DNA from: Nitrososphaeria archaeon
GTDB lineage: Archaea; Thermoproteota; Nitrososphaeria; Geothermarchaeales; JDFR-13
NCBI GenBank assembly: GCA_027078545.1
Contig: JALWXN010000004.1
Location: 352,001 to 416,000, forward strand
Direction: 5' to 3'
Length of the DNA: 64,000 nucleotides
Shown here: positions 1-9,134 of the stretch, one piece after another
Numbering within the stretch: position 1 is the stretch's first letter
How the letters are laid out: every line of letters begins with the position of its first letter
Notes under the pieces: model-generated
What the model saw: the letters and a program-made list of their open reading frames with translations, nothing else
Databases searched by the model: none
Told to the model about the DNA's origin: nothing
Position numbers and translations under genes: made by a program

Positions 1-67
1 ATGGTCTGATATACGTCTCTACTCAGGGCTCGGTGGTGATCGTCTCTCCTGATGGGAGGGTGGTTGG

Positions 68-397
68 ATGCGGAGGAATGGATACCTAGGTATCTACCTC
101 GCAGTATTCATCGTTGTGGCTGTGCTCATGGCGGGTACTATCTTCATACTATATAGTGTGGACCCCACTGCTAGGGGGTATGACGAGTATGCCGTCGATG
201 TTGTTGGGGTCTATGCGGCTATGGAGTGTCTAGGTATTGATGGGTATAGGCCGCCATACGGTGATGCCGAGTCGTATGTCGAGGATGGCATGATAGTTGT
301 CGAGGTCAGGGTTGGCCAGTATAGATATGTTGGATATGTGGATCTCCATAGCCCGAACTGTAGGCTTCTTAGGAATTACTCTATGGGTTCGGGCTGA
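68..397 (+). CDS. Small membrane-anchored/secreted hypothetical protein (possible class III signal peptide)
   Basis: MRRNG followed by a ~22-residue hydrophobic stretch; no recognisable domain. Confidence 0.6.
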   Translation: MRRNGYLGIYLAVFIVVAVLMAGTIFILYSVDPTARGYDEYAVDVVGVYAAMECLGIDGYRPPYGDAESYVEDGMIVVEVRVGQYRYVGYVDLHSPNCRLLRNYSMGSG

Positions 398-801
398 TCT
401 GTAGCTGTGGAGTCTTCAGTCTGCTCCTCCTGTATTATCCCGGTCTTGATGGCTAGGTATCTCTCTAGGGGGTCTAGGATCTCCTCGTTATCCTCGTACT
501 CCGCCTCCTCGTCCTGTGACCTCGTGAGTAGTTTATGGACCTTTCTATAGCTTACCCTCTTACCCAGCTCCCTGTCCAGCCTCTCGATGAGCTCCTTCAC
601 CGAGACTATCTCGCCGTTCTTCTTCAGGACTAGGTAGGTCGCCGCTATCAGGACCTCGTATCTGGTTGGGCTGAGGTCTCTCCTATCCAGCTTCACCACA
701 TATTCCTTGACCTCCCTACCCCACCTCTCAGATACTCCTAGCGCCTTTAGCAGCCTGATTATGGTGTCAAGCCTATTGTCAACAAGGCTGTTCTCTAGCA
801 C
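376..801 (-). CDS. Hypothetical protein with a single TFB-like cyclin-fold repeat and acidic tail
   Basis: EVLIAATYLVLKKNGEIVSVKEL resembles the TFIIB repeat (AAxLYxACRxxGxPRTLxEI); start uncertain. Confidence 0.5.
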   Translation of the reverse strand: MLENSLVDNRLDTIIRLLKALGVSERWGREVKEYVVKLDRRDLSPTRYEVLIAATYLVLKKNGEIVSVKELIERLDRELGKRVSYRKVHKLLTRSQDEEAEYEDNEEILDPLERYLAIKTGIIQEEQTEDSTATDQPEPIE

Positions 802-1013
802 CTCTCCCCACCTGTAGCTTTCATTGTTCCAGTGGATGTCTATGGGTGGAGGGTCTAGTCATGGCTTGGCCTGAATACTTTCATCATGGGGGTGGGATAG
901 ATTATCCCCTCCCCAGGGATGTGTGAAAGTGTTTATCGGGTCTCTGTGGCACCGACCCGTTTAAAATAGCCATGTATATAATTCTTTTTACATTCCTGTT
1001 AGGGTGTCCTCCT

Positions 1014-1442
1014 ATGATGCCTGCTAGCCCGCTTATGAGGGAGCTGGATAAGTTCCTGAATAAGGAGGTTGTGGTTGAGCTTAGGGATGGGCGTAGGCTG
1101 AATGGTTTGTTGAGGGCGATTGATCCTAATACGCTTAATATGGTTCTTGGGAATGTGCGGATTGGTAGGGATGAGTATAGCCTCGTGATTATCGGTGGGG
1201 CTGATGTTAGGGCTGTCTTCCTGAGGGCTGTGAAGTTCGATCTGGCTGAGCTTGCCAGGCGTATTGAGAGGCTCTTCCCGTCCCCCGGTATGGTGGTGTA
1301 TAGGCCTTCGGAGAGGGCTATACTGGTTATGAATAGGGTGAGGGTTACCCAGGAGGGGGTTGAGGGGGATAGGGGTGTTATTTATGAGAAGGTTAAGCAG
1401 GTCTTCGATGAGTATATGAGGGAGATTAGGGAGGGTGGCTAG
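1014..1442 (+). CDS. Lsm/Sm-like RNA-binding protein with C-terminal extension (SmAP3 type)
   Basis: Sm1 motif LNKEVVVELRDGRRLNGLLRAIDPNTLNMVL plus ~70-aa C-terminal domain; start moved to ATG 1014. Confidence 0.88.
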   Translation: MMPASPLMRELDKFLNKEVVVELRDGRRLNGLLRAIDPNTLNMVLGNVRIGRDEYSLVIIGGADVRAVFLRAVKFDLAELARRIERLFPSPGMVVYRPSERAILVMNRVRVTQEGVEGDRGVIYEKVKQVFDEYMREIREGG

Positions 1443-2128
1443 GTGTAGATGTCCTTCCCACTCCCCCCTACAAACTCCTCAAACTGACGCATCATCTCAT
1501 TGAGCTCGTTGGCTGCCTGTCTAAGGGTGTCTATGGGTATCTCGTATCCGAAGAGCTCGTTTATCGCCTTTACTGCGTATGAGGCTGCTATTGGGTCTAT
1601 CATCCCGTCGTCTGAGTATGCCAGTATGCCTAGGGCGGGTATCTTTAGGAACTCGCTGTAGGCCAGTGTAGAGGCTAGTGGGCCGAAGATCTTTACGTAT
1701 TTTGGTGGGGGCCTAGCCGTTATCTTCCTCCTCCAGTATCTATTGGTGACTATGCGGTACTCGTCCTCCTCCCCCTCTCTAAGGTTCTTTGTCAATCCTC
1801 CTATCACGATTATCTCTTCTACCCCCTTCTTCTTCACGTATCTTAAGAGGTTCTTGATGAGTATGTTGCCCCTTGGTCCGCGGGGTAGGTTCTCCACCTT
1901 GAGTATTAGGTCGTCTCCATGTCTATAGAACTCTATTGGGTAGGATATCCTCCCGTCGATGTAGGATATTACTGGTGGTATGTAGGGGGAGTCTACTATG
2001 CCTACTAGCTCGACTCCTTCTAGGCTGTCTATCATGTGTTTGATTGTGTATAGGCCTGTGCCTCCTATACCCATGAATCCTGCGAACAGTCTCTTTCCCT
2101 TGAAGCTCTTCTTTACATATATCTTCAC
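1439..2128 (-). CDS. PAC2-family proteasome assembly chaperone
   Basis: LFAGFMGIGGTG, IIVIGG, IFGPLAS, IDPIAA motifs; start reassigned to GTG 2128. Confidence 0.85.
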   Translation of the reverse strand: MKIYVKKSFKGKRLFAGFMGIGGTGLYTIKHMIDSLEGVELVGIVDSPYIPPVISYIDGRISYPIEFYRHGDDLILKVENLPRGPRGNILIKNLLRYVKKKGVEEIIVIGGLTKNLREGEEDEYRIVTNRYWRRKITARPPPKYVKIFGPLASTLAYSEFLKIPALGILAYSDDGMIDPIAASYAVKAINELFGYEIPIDTLRQAANELNEMMRQFEEFVGGSGKDIYT

Positions 2129-2213
2129 GGCTGTCCACCACGTATTGATATGTAAATAATTATTGCGGGTGGGGCCATAATAATTTGGTGTGTCCGGCGG
2201 ATGACCGTGTGGT

Positions 2214-3473
2214 GTGGCTGTTATGTCTGTTAAGATAGCTTTTCTGGGGATGCCTAACAAGGTTGGGAGGTCTGCATATCTGATTAAGGGGTCTAGGAAG
2301 GTTTTGCTTGACTATGGGGTGGATCTTGGTAAGACGCCCCAGTTCCCAGACCCTGTAGATGTTTCTAGCCTTGATCTATTCGTGATTTCCCATTCCCATC
2401 TCGATCATATGGGGGCTGCCCCGATGCTCTATGTCTCGGGGGATGTCCCGGCTATAACTACTCCTCCCTCCATCGAGATCAGTGACCTCTTGATCAGGGA
2501 TTTTATGAAGCTTTCCGGCGAGTATCTACTCTTCGAGTATATCGACTTTATTAGTCTGAGGCGTAACGTCCATCTCCTCGGGTATAGGGAGCCGTTTGTC
2601 TTTGATGGGGTGAGTGTCACTCTCTTTGATGCTGGGCATATCCCTGGTAGTGCCCAGGTACTTGTTGAGATGGATGGTAGGCGTATCCTCTATACTGGGG
2701 ATATAAATACGTATGAGACTATGCTCCAGGGCCCTGCCGATATGGATCTGGGTGTGGAGCTCGACGCCGTGATCATGGAGAGTACCTATGGTAATTCTAG
2801 GCATCCGGATAGGGGTGAGATGGAGCGCCGCTTCGTGGAGCAGGCTATCGAGACTATCGAGTCTGGCGGCACAGTCTTGGTCCCTGCCTTCGCTGTCGCT
2901 AGGAGTCAGGAGATCCTATTGATCCTGGATAAGTATGACTTCCCCTATGAGGTCGTGATGGATGGTATGGCTATTGAGGTGACTAAGATCCTCCTCTCCC
3001 AGCCCGGGTATCTGAAGGATCCTGAGAGGCTTAGGAAGGCTTTCAACGCTGTTAGGAAGATCTATCGTTGGCGTGACAGGAAGAGGGTTGTTAATGAGCG
3101 TTGCCTCATAATTGCTCCTGCGGGTATGCTTGGTGGTGGGGCCGCGGTCTTCTACCTAAACAAGTTGATTGATGATCCTAAGAATAGGATCTTCCTGGTT
3201 GGTTACCAGGCTCCTGGTACGCCTGGTAGGAGCTTGTTGGAGGAGGCTGAGTCTGAGGAGGCTAGGGATAGGGCTGACGTGGTGTATATGAGGTTCTCGG
3301 CCCATGCGGATGTTGATGGCCTGTTTAGGTTTGCCTCTAGTGTTGAGGGTGACCCGACGTTCTATATTGTCCATGGTGATGGGGATGCTCGGATGAATAT
3401 TGGTGAGCTTATCTCTGATAGGCTTGGCTATAGGGTTGTCTATCCTGGGCATAGGGAGGAATATATAGTGTAG
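2214..3473 (+). CDS. beta-CASP metallo-beta-lactamase ribonuclease (aCPSF2-like)
   Basis: SHSHLDH, AGHIPGS, YTGD, MESTYG, FSAHAD, VHGD motifs; no KH domains. Confidence 0.92.
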   Translation: MAVMSVKIAFLGMPNKVGRSAYLIKGSRKVLLDYGVDLGKTPQFPDPVDVSSLDLFVISHSHLDHMGAAPMLYVSGDVPAITTPPSIEISDLLIRDFMKLSGEYLLFEYIDFISLRRNVHLLGYREPFVFDGVSVTLFDAGHIPGSAQVLVEMDGRRILYTGDINTYETMLQGPADMDLGVELDAVIMESTYGNSRHPDRGEMERRFVEQAIETIESGGTVLVPAFAVARSQEILLILDKYDFPYEVVMDGMAIEVTKILLSQPGYLKDPERLRKAFNAVRKIYRWRDRKRVVNERCLIIAPAGMLGGGAAVFYLNKLIDDPKNRIFLVGYQAPGTPGRSLLEEAESEEARDRADVVYMRFSAHADVDGLFRFASSVEGDPTFYIVHGDGDARMNIGELISDRLGYRVVYPGHREEYIV

Positions 3474-3501
3474 CCCCTCCATAACCATTATGTGATGCCT
3501 T

Positions 3502-4074
3502 ATGTATAGGTTCTTCCTCTGGGCTGGTGAGGATGTCTACGAGGCTGTCCGTAGCCTGGAGGGGTCTATCGAGGCTGGTATCAAGATGTTTTTCTGGGAT
3601 GATTACTCCGTCTCCTGGGGTAGGCTCCCGACAGAGATTCTGAGGAGGTCCTTCAATGGTGATAGGAGGCAGGTAAATGTGAAGACGTTTGTGGAGGAGT
3701 TTAGACGTGTATATCAGGCTGAGTCTGGACGGGTGGATATGGTGTTTATCGGGCAGGATCTGTATATCGATGGGATGGAGTATATCTTCAGCGCTACCCA
3801 TATGGTGAGTAAGGTTATCGTTATCTCTGTCTTTAGGCTTGGTAGGGGCTTGTCGCTGTCGGTTGATGAGGAGAGGAACCTCTTTGGTGAGCGTGTGTTT
3901 AAGGAGGTTGTCCATGAGCTTGGGCATCTGATTGGGCTTCAGCACTGTATAAATGATACGTGTGTGATGTCTTTCTCGAGTGATGTCTCCCATCTGGATA
4001 GGAAGTATCCCTTCCTCTGCCGCTCCTGTGTGGAGAAGGCTGAGGCTATGGGGTTTAGGATTGGGCCTGCCTAG
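3502..4074 (+). CDS. amzA: Archaemetzincin Zn metalloprotease
   Basis: HELGHLIGLQHC..CVMSFS..LCRSC. Confidence 0.92.
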   Translation: MYRFFLWAGEDVYEAVRSLEGSIEAGIKMFFWDDYSVSWGRLPTEILRRSFNGDRRQVNVKTFVEEFRRVYQAESGRVDMVFIGQDLYIDGMEYIFSATHMVSKVIVISVFRLGRGLSLSVDEERNLFGERVFKEVVHELGHLIGLQHCINDTCVMSFSSDVSHLDRKYPFLCRSCVEKAEAMGFRIGPA

Positions 4075-4274
4075 TACTCTACTATCTCTGCGTTGGCGTG
4101 TTTGAGTATCTCCTCTACCTCCTCCTCGCTCTGTAGCTTTATTGTGTATAGCCTCCTGGCCGTCCTGGCCTTCACCTTTATGTATTTGGGTGGCCTCCTC
4201 ACCACGATTATCTTCCTTGCATATTTCATCTTCTCTATGAACTCCTGCTTATCCTTTATCTCGTGGGGCATCAT
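4071..4274 (-). CDS. rpl38e: 50S ribosomal protein L38e
   Basis: MPHEIKDKQEF..KVKARTARRLYTIKL matches L38e. Confidence 0.88.
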   Translation of the reverse strand: MMPHEIKDKQEFIEKMKYARKIIVVRRPPKYIKVKARTARRLYTIKLQSEEEVEEILKHANAEIVEY

Positions 4275-4327
4275 TCTCCACCTCCTGGGGGTCTAAATAT
4301 TCATTATGGGTTGTCTATAAATCTAGT

Positions 4328-4873
4328 GTGGTCGGTATGCTGAGGGTTGACCGTAGGTTTAACCTCCTGGCTACCTGTCCCAGGAACCGTGAGTTCTTCG
4401 CTATTAGGGGTCTCGAGTCTATCCTTATGGATCTTGGTGATGAGTCTCCCACTGCTTGGAAGTCGGGTATTAGTGGTGTTGTTCTCGGCCTTACCGGTCT
4501 GGATCAGTATGAGGTTCCCTATAGGGTCCGGGAGCTTCTCAGGTGGAATCCCTGGGTTGTGAGGGATATTAAGAGGCTTGTCCCCATCGAGTTTGTCGTG
4601 GATACTGATCTTGGGGAGTTCTCGAGGGTTGCTGGTGAGCTGGCTAGGCGTATACCTGGGGATGCGTCTTATAAGGTTGAGCTTAGGAGGAGGTATACCC
4701 AGCTTGGGAGGATGGAGATTATCGATGCCTTTGCATCTGCTATTCCTAGGAGGGTTAGTCTGGAGGAGCCTGACTATATTGTCTGGGTCGAGGTCTTGGG
4801 GCCTAAGACTGGGGTCTCCCTCGTTAGGCCTGATGGTGTCTTGAATGTTGAGAGGGAGGTTACACGGCTTTAG
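4328..4873 (+). CDS. Stand-alone THUMP-domain RNA-binding protein (Tan1-like)
   Basis: SYKVELRRR..VSLEEPDYIVWVEVLG. Confidence 0.85.
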   Translation: MVGMLRVDRRFNLLATCPRNREFFAIRGLESILMDLGDESPTAWKSGISGVVLGLTGLDQYEVPYRVRELLRWNPWVVRDIKRLVPIEFVVDTDLGEFSRVAGELARRIPGDASYKVELRRRYTQLGRMEIIDAFASAIPRRVSLEEPDYIVWVEVLGPKTGVSLVRPDGVLNVEREVTRL

Positions 4874-5240
4874 AGCGTGTCCTCTCTATCTCGGCCCTGA
4901 ATACTGCTAGTTCGGATACTCCCTCCAATCCCTTCCCTGGCTGTACCGTGTCTACACCCTCCCTTGCGAGTACTATGAGTATCTTGTCCTTGCCCGGCTT
5001 TGGGAGTCTGTGTATCTGGCTCTCCCTGTAGTAGAGTGCTAGGAATCTTAGTGTGTCGTCCCTTATCCACGTATCTCTTAGGTGGCTCGTCGTTAGGTAG
5101 TGGTATGCCACTGCCTTTATGTATTCCTCTGTGGCGAGTCTCTCCCTGGGTATCTCGGCTATCAGTATTGGGTCCCGTATCTTGTCTAGGTCCTTCTCCT
5201 CTATGACGTAGATGTTTATGTCTGTGTATTCTAGCTTCAA
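4860..5240 (-). CDS. KEOPS subunit Cgi121-like protein
   Basis: IRDDTLRFLALYYRESQI resembles the Cgi121 core; divergent. Confidence 0.55.
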   Translation of the reverse strand: MKLEYTDINIYVIEEKDLDKIRDPILIAEIPRERLATEEYIKAVAYHYLTTSHLRDTWIRDDTLRFLALYYRESQIHRLPKPGKDKILIVLAREGVDTVQPGKGLEGVSELAVFRAEIERTRSKAV

Positions 5241-5797
5241 GTCTCTCTCCCCATTAGGCTTAGCACGAGCCTGAACTCCTCCCTGTCTCGGAACATCTCT
5301 ATGAGTTTCTCGTCCTCCCCCTTCTTACCTAGCTCTTCTAGGATTTCTTTTATCTCCCAGGGGAAGACTATCCATTTGTCTGTCTCTCGGGAGTAGTAGT
5401 CTATCTCGACTTTTCTCCATGGTTTGACGTATAGTGTGGCTATCTCCACCTTTGCGGCTCCCCTCTCGAGTATCATCTGTCTAAGCTCTTTCAATGTCTC
5501 TCCTGTGTCGGCTACGTCGTCGACTATTAGGATGTTTAGGTTCTCTATGTTTCCTATGGGGGTTAGGTCTATTATGGGTTTGTCTAGTGTCTGTCCTGGT
5601 GCTGTGTAGTAGATGCTCCTGATGACTCTGACGTCTTTTATGCCTAGGAAGTCTGATAGGAGTCGGGTTGGTATGAGTCCTCCCCGTGATACTCCTACTA
5701 TGCAGTCGTGTCGCTCACCTTTCTCTAGGATCTTCTTGGCTACGTCTATGGATAGGCGGTAGATGTCTAGTATGGTGGGTGCTTCGTAGCCCGTCAT
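5237..5797 (-). CDS. Purine (xanthine/guanine-type) phosphoribosyltransferase
   Basis: GVSRGGL, ILIVDDVADTGET, WIVFPWE. Confidence 0.9.
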   Translation of the reverse strand: MTGYEAPTILDIYRLSIDVAKKILEKGERHDCIVGVSRGGLIPTRLLSDFLGIKDVRVIRSIYYTAPGQTLDKPIIDLTPIGNIENLNILIVDDVADTGETLKELRQMILERGAAKVEIATLYVKPWRKVEIDYYSRETDKWIVFPWEIKEILEELGKKGEDEKLIEMFRDREEFRLVLSLMGRET

Positions 5798-5833
5798 ACT
5801 AGTTATTTCCCCGGCTTCTTTTCATAAAGCCTG

Positions 5834-6103
5834 TTATCCCCCGTTTACTAGGTGTACTACCTTCAGCTTGTCCGCATATTCGGGTTTTATCTCTTCGTCG
5901 CCTCCCAGACGCCTACCATTTACAACCAACACCAACTGCCGCCTCAACTCATCGATCTTCTCTTTGTCTCCTCCTCGTTTCTCGACGTATTTCTTTGCTA
6001 CTTCGGTTAGTATTTTCTCTGGTGTTGGGTTTTGTATGTCTAGTTCTAGTTGTGGGCCTGTTATGTAGCGTATGGGGCCTACGATTTTTAGTCGGATCTT
6101 CAT
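5834..6103 (-). CDS. MoaD/ThiS/SAMP ubiquitin-like protein
   Basis: 89 aa, LVVNG motif, C-terminal GG. Confidence 0.85.
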   Translation of the reverse strand: MKIRLKIVGPIRYITGPQLELDIQNPTPEKILTEVAKKYVEKRGGDKEKIDELRRQLVLVVNGRRLGGDEEIKPEYADKLKVVHLVNGG

Positions 6104-6134
6104 CGTCTCTATATGGTTTTTTGGTTGTGTGTGG

Positions 6135-6785
6135 TTATATGGGGTTGATAATATTTTTGATGTGTTTCTCTGCTTTTCTGGGTTCGAGTAGTGTGTCTAG
6201 GGGTATGTTTATCTCTGGTGGGTTGATGTTGTGGATGTGTCTGGTGTATTTTGGTGGGTATAGGTAGTTCTTCCTGTGTCTCTGGAGTACTTCTTCCTTG
6301 GTTGGTGGTGGGTATTGTAGGTATGTGTATCCGTTTGGTGCTTGGGGTGTGTGGGTGTAGGCTATTAGTCTGTCTAGGTTGTTCATGTCTATTCTCCGTA
6401 CTGCTTCTGGTGGGTCTTCGGGCTTGATTATTGTTAGTGTTGTCTCTCTTGTCTTGATGATTGGTCTGTTGGTTATTATGGCTTGGGTTGTCTCTACTCC
6501 TCTGGTGTCTATTGATCTGTATATTCTGTACCATGGTGCTATTGTGATGTCTTCGGCTAGGTAGTCTATCTCTATTACTGGTACAGCTTCTGCGCCTATT
6601 GTTCTGAGTATGTGGTATCTGTGGGTTCCGTCTATTATCATTCCTGTCTCCCGGTCTATTAGGATTGGTTTCTTGAGGTGTCTGTCGTGTAGGACTGTTT
6701 TTAGGAGTTTTGTTAGGTGTCTCGGGTTGTGTTCTTCGTGGGGCCTGATTTCTTTTATGTGTCTTATCTCCACTTTTCTGTGCAT
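6135..6785 (-). CDS. ParB/Srx-fold protein, SerK (free serine kinase)-like
   Basis: IRPHEE, PILID..IIDGTHR, C-terminal YPPKYTRH similar to SerK FPPKTTRH. Confidence 0.7.
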   Translation of the reverse strand: MHRKVEIRHIKEIRPHEEHNPRHLTKLLKTVLHDRHLKKPILIDRETGMIIDGTHRYHILRTIGAEAVPVIEIDYLAEDITIAPWYRIYRSIDTRGVETTQAIITNRPIIKTRETTLTIIKPEDPPEAVRRIDMNNLDRLIAYTHTPQAPNGYTYLQYPPPTKEEVLQRHRKNYLYPPKYTRHIHNINPPEINIPLDTLLEPRKAEKHIKNIINPI

Positions 6786-6830
6786 CGTTGTATAAAAATA
6801 TTCATTGATGTAGTTTTTAAATCCTTTGTG

Positions 6831-6894
6831 GGCGTCGGCGGGGTGCGATGCTCATCATCCCTGGGTGTCAGGGCAGATCAGTCTCGTCATCCGC
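6831..6894 (-). ncRNA. C/D box methylation-guide sRNA
   Basis: Minus strand: C ATGACGA (6884-6890), 12-nt guide, D' CTGA, C' ATGATGA (6852-6858), 13-nt guide, D CCGA; intergenic. Confidence 0.85.
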
Positions 6895-6928
6895 AATAAG
6901 TATATTCTGCCTATCCAGGTCTTAATCC

Positions 6929-7708
6929 TTATCCATACTGTATCCTGAATAGCCTCTTGAAGTTCTCCCTGATCATTATGGTGACTTCTATGGGGTCCTC
7001 CTCGTAGAGCTGGGCCAGCTTCTCCACTATGAGCTTTGTATGCATCGGCTCGCCCATCCTGTTCTCTAGGGGGCCGTAGTATCGGACTGGGCCGTCGGAC
7101 TCTGTGAGTACCTGGGTCAGGGGGACTATCTCTGTGAATCTCTGTATCCTCTTAGATGTTAGGAGTGCTGGTGTGAAGCCTACGAAGTATTCCTCCTCCA
7201 CTATCTCCTTTAGGGTCTCCTCGTCGTCGGTGTACCAGTGGAAGTATGCCTCCCTCACGTCGTGCTTCCTGAGGAGTGCTAGGACGTCTTTGGCGGCTCT
7301 CCGGGAGTGTATGTTTAGGGGCTTTAGTAGGTCTTTGGAGAGCTGTATCATTGTCTCGAAGGCCTCCACCTGTTTGTCCCACATCTTCATGCTGTTGTTG
7401 TACTTCCTGTCTAGGCCGACCTCCCCTATGCATATTATTGAGTCGTGGTGCTGGGCTATTAGGTCGACCACCCTCTCCAGGTCGTCGGGGTTGTTTATCG
7501 CTGTGTAGGGGTGTATCCCTATCCCTATGTAGATCTTGTAGTTCTCCCTATACCTCCTTAGGAGCTCTAGGTTCTTGAGGCTTGTCTCGCTGTCCTCCGC
7601 CACGGAGAGTATTAGGTCTACGTCGTTCTCCACCGCCCTCTTCAGGACCTCCTCCCTTACTCCGTCGTACTCCTCTGCGTAGAGGTGGATGTGTGCGTCT
7701 ACATACAT
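6929..7708 (-). CDS. tatD: TatD-family deoxyribonuclease
   Basis: DAHIH, GIHP, IGEVGLD, IHSR, FHWY, TESDGP. Confidence 0.93.
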   Translation of the reverse strand: MYVDAHIHLYAEEYDGVREEVLKRAVENDVDLILSVAEDSETSLKNLELLRRYRENYKIYIGIGIHPYTAINNPDDLERVVDLIAQHHDSIICIGEVGLDRKYNNSMKMWDKQVEAFETMIQLSKDLLKPLNIHSRRAAKDVLALLRKHDVREAYFHWYTDDEETLKEIVEEEYFVGFTPALLTSKRIQRFTEIVPLTQVLTESDGPVRYYGPLENRMGEPMHTKLIVEKLAQLYEEDPIEVTIMIRENFKRLFRIQYG

Positions 7709-7810
7709 CCCGGCGCACCACCTAGATATTCTGGCTTCGCCGAATTAACGGATGGGTATAAACAAATTATTTTCCTGGTTGGTGGATGAATATTTTCTTG
7801 GTGTCCTTCC

Positions 7811-8077
7811 ATGGGTATAGCTAAGTATACTGCTCATCGGGTTATGAAGGCGGCTGCTGGCCGCCGTGTGAGCCTCGAGGCTGCTGACCTGGCTGCTAAG
7901 TACCTGACCTATGTGGCTGGTGAGCTGGCTCTGAAGGCTGCTAGGATCGCTAGGGAGTCGGGGAGGACTGTGATTAAGAAGAGGGATGTGGCTCTCGTCC
8001 TGGAGATCATGGGTATCGATGTGGATCTCCTGGAGAAGGGTATGCTAAGGCCTGGTGGAACCGCCTCTGAGGGGTAG
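7811..8077 (+). CDS. Archaeal histone-fold protein with C-terminal tail
   Basis: RVMKAAAGRRVSLEAA..KAARIARESGRTVIKKRDV histone fold. Confidence 0.85.
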   Translation: MGIAKYTAHRVMKAAAGRRVSLEAADLAAKYLTYVAGELALKAARIARESGRTVIKKRDVALVLEIMGIDVDLLEKGMLRPGGTASEG

Positions 8078-8119
8078 GAGAAATATTTAAGCATCCCGGC
8101 ACCATAATTTGAGTTGGAT

Positions 8120-8213
8120 GCCCCGGTGGTGTAGCCCGGTCAAGCATACCGGCCTCTCGAGCGTCTTGACCGGTGCGAGCCGGTGAACCCGGGTTCAAAT
8201 CCCGGCCGGGGCA
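8120..8213 (+). tRNA. tRNA-Glu(CTC) with 18-nt intron (~8160-8177)
   Basis: Acceptor stem GCCCCGG/CCGGGGC, anticodon stem CCGGC/GCCGG, T loop TTCAAAT; exact intron register ambiguous because of a CGAGC repeat; TATA-like TTTAA upstream. Confidence 0.92.
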
Positions 8214-8215
8214 CC

Positions 8216-8788
8216 TCATATCTCCTTGAATCTCTGGTCTTTCCAGACGTATCCCCGCTCGTGGTATCCAAGGGCCTCCCAGTACCCGTCTATATATCTG
8301 TCGATGAGCTCTATCTCGACTATCCACTTCGCGCTCTTCCAGCCGTATAGGTGTGGTATGAATATCCTTGCTGGGAAGCCGTGCTCCTCTGGTAGGGGCT
8401 CCCCATTCATCTTCAGGACTATCATGGCGTCCTCGCTGGCTAGGTCCTTGTAGGGAACGACCGTTGTGTATCCGTCTGCTGATTTTATGTATCCCCACTC
8501 CACGTTCTCCCTGGGCCTCGCCATCCCGAGTAGCTTCTTCATGCTTACGCCTTCCCACTCGACGTCCTCTACGGTCCAGCCTGTTACGCAGTGGAAGTCC
8601 CTGGTTATCTTCTTGTCCATCATGTTGATCAGGTCGTTGTAGCTTAGGCTTACTGGGTTCTCGACGAGCCCTGTTATGGATAGTCTCCATGTCTTTATGT
8701 CTATCCTGGGCTGGCCTAGGATCCGGTAGATCACGAAGCTTGGGATGCTCCTCTGCCCGGGTGGGAGTCTGTCGGCCATACTAACCAC
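8216..8788 (-). CDS. Sulfite oxidase-like molybdopterin oxidoreductase (YuiH-like)
   Basis: RLPPGQ, DFHCVTGW, HGFPAR, YGWKSAKW, GYWEALGYH. Confidence 0.92.
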   Translation of the reverse strand: MVSMADRLPPGQRSIPSFVIYRILGQPRIDIKTWRLSITGLVENPVSLSYNDLINMMDKKITRDFHCVTGWTVEDVEWEGVSMKKLLGMARPRENVEWGYIKSADGYTTVVPYKDLASEDAMIVLKMNGEPLPEEHGFPARIFIPHLYGWKSAKWIVEIELIDRYIDGYWEALGYHERGYVWKDQRFKEI

Positions 8789-9101
8789 CTATGGTCAAGA
8801 CGGTGAGTATGTGTCTACCCTCCCGGGTGACTACTCTACATCCTATATAGCCCTCCCCCAGTATGTATCTGAATCTATATATCATGTAGTTTGTACCGAT
8901 GTCCTCGTTATCGGTGAAGACTGTCTCAAGTATCTCTATCCCCAGCTCCTCCTCCACTATTCTCCGTAGCCTATTAACGTATACCCATACATCGGTTATG
9001 TCCCGCATAGTCTCGTTGGTCTTGTGGTATGCGACCCTCCTGACCCCCTTCTTGGCTAGGCTGGGGGTATCTAGGAGTATTAGCTGGGTCTCCATGGCCA
9101 T
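8781..9101 (-). CDS. Hypothetical protein
   Basis: Typical codon usage, overlaps the downstream oxidoreductase start. Confidence 0.65.
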   Translation of the reverse strand: MAMETQLILLDTPSLAKKGVRRVAYHKTNETMRDITDVWVYVNRLRRIVEEELGIEILETVFTDNEDIGTNYMIYRFRYILGEGYIGCRVVTREGRHILTVLTIGG

Positions 9102-9134
9102 ATAATAAGGTGTGGCTCCCGATTATATTGCTAG

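Noticed and set aside
1-89. 3' end of an upstream CDS (..LIYVSTQGSVVIVSPDGRVVGCGGMDT*)
   Set aside because: Plausible but too short to support or assign
830-890. Possible third C/D sRNA (ATGATGA on the minus strand at 881-887)
   Set aside because: No properly spaced C' and D boxes
8007-8690. 227-aa minus-strand ORF and other long alternative-frame ORFs (e.g. 3409-3993, 55187-55885, 62288-62899)
   Set aside because: They overlap well-supported genes or tRNAs and have no motifs; shadow ORFs
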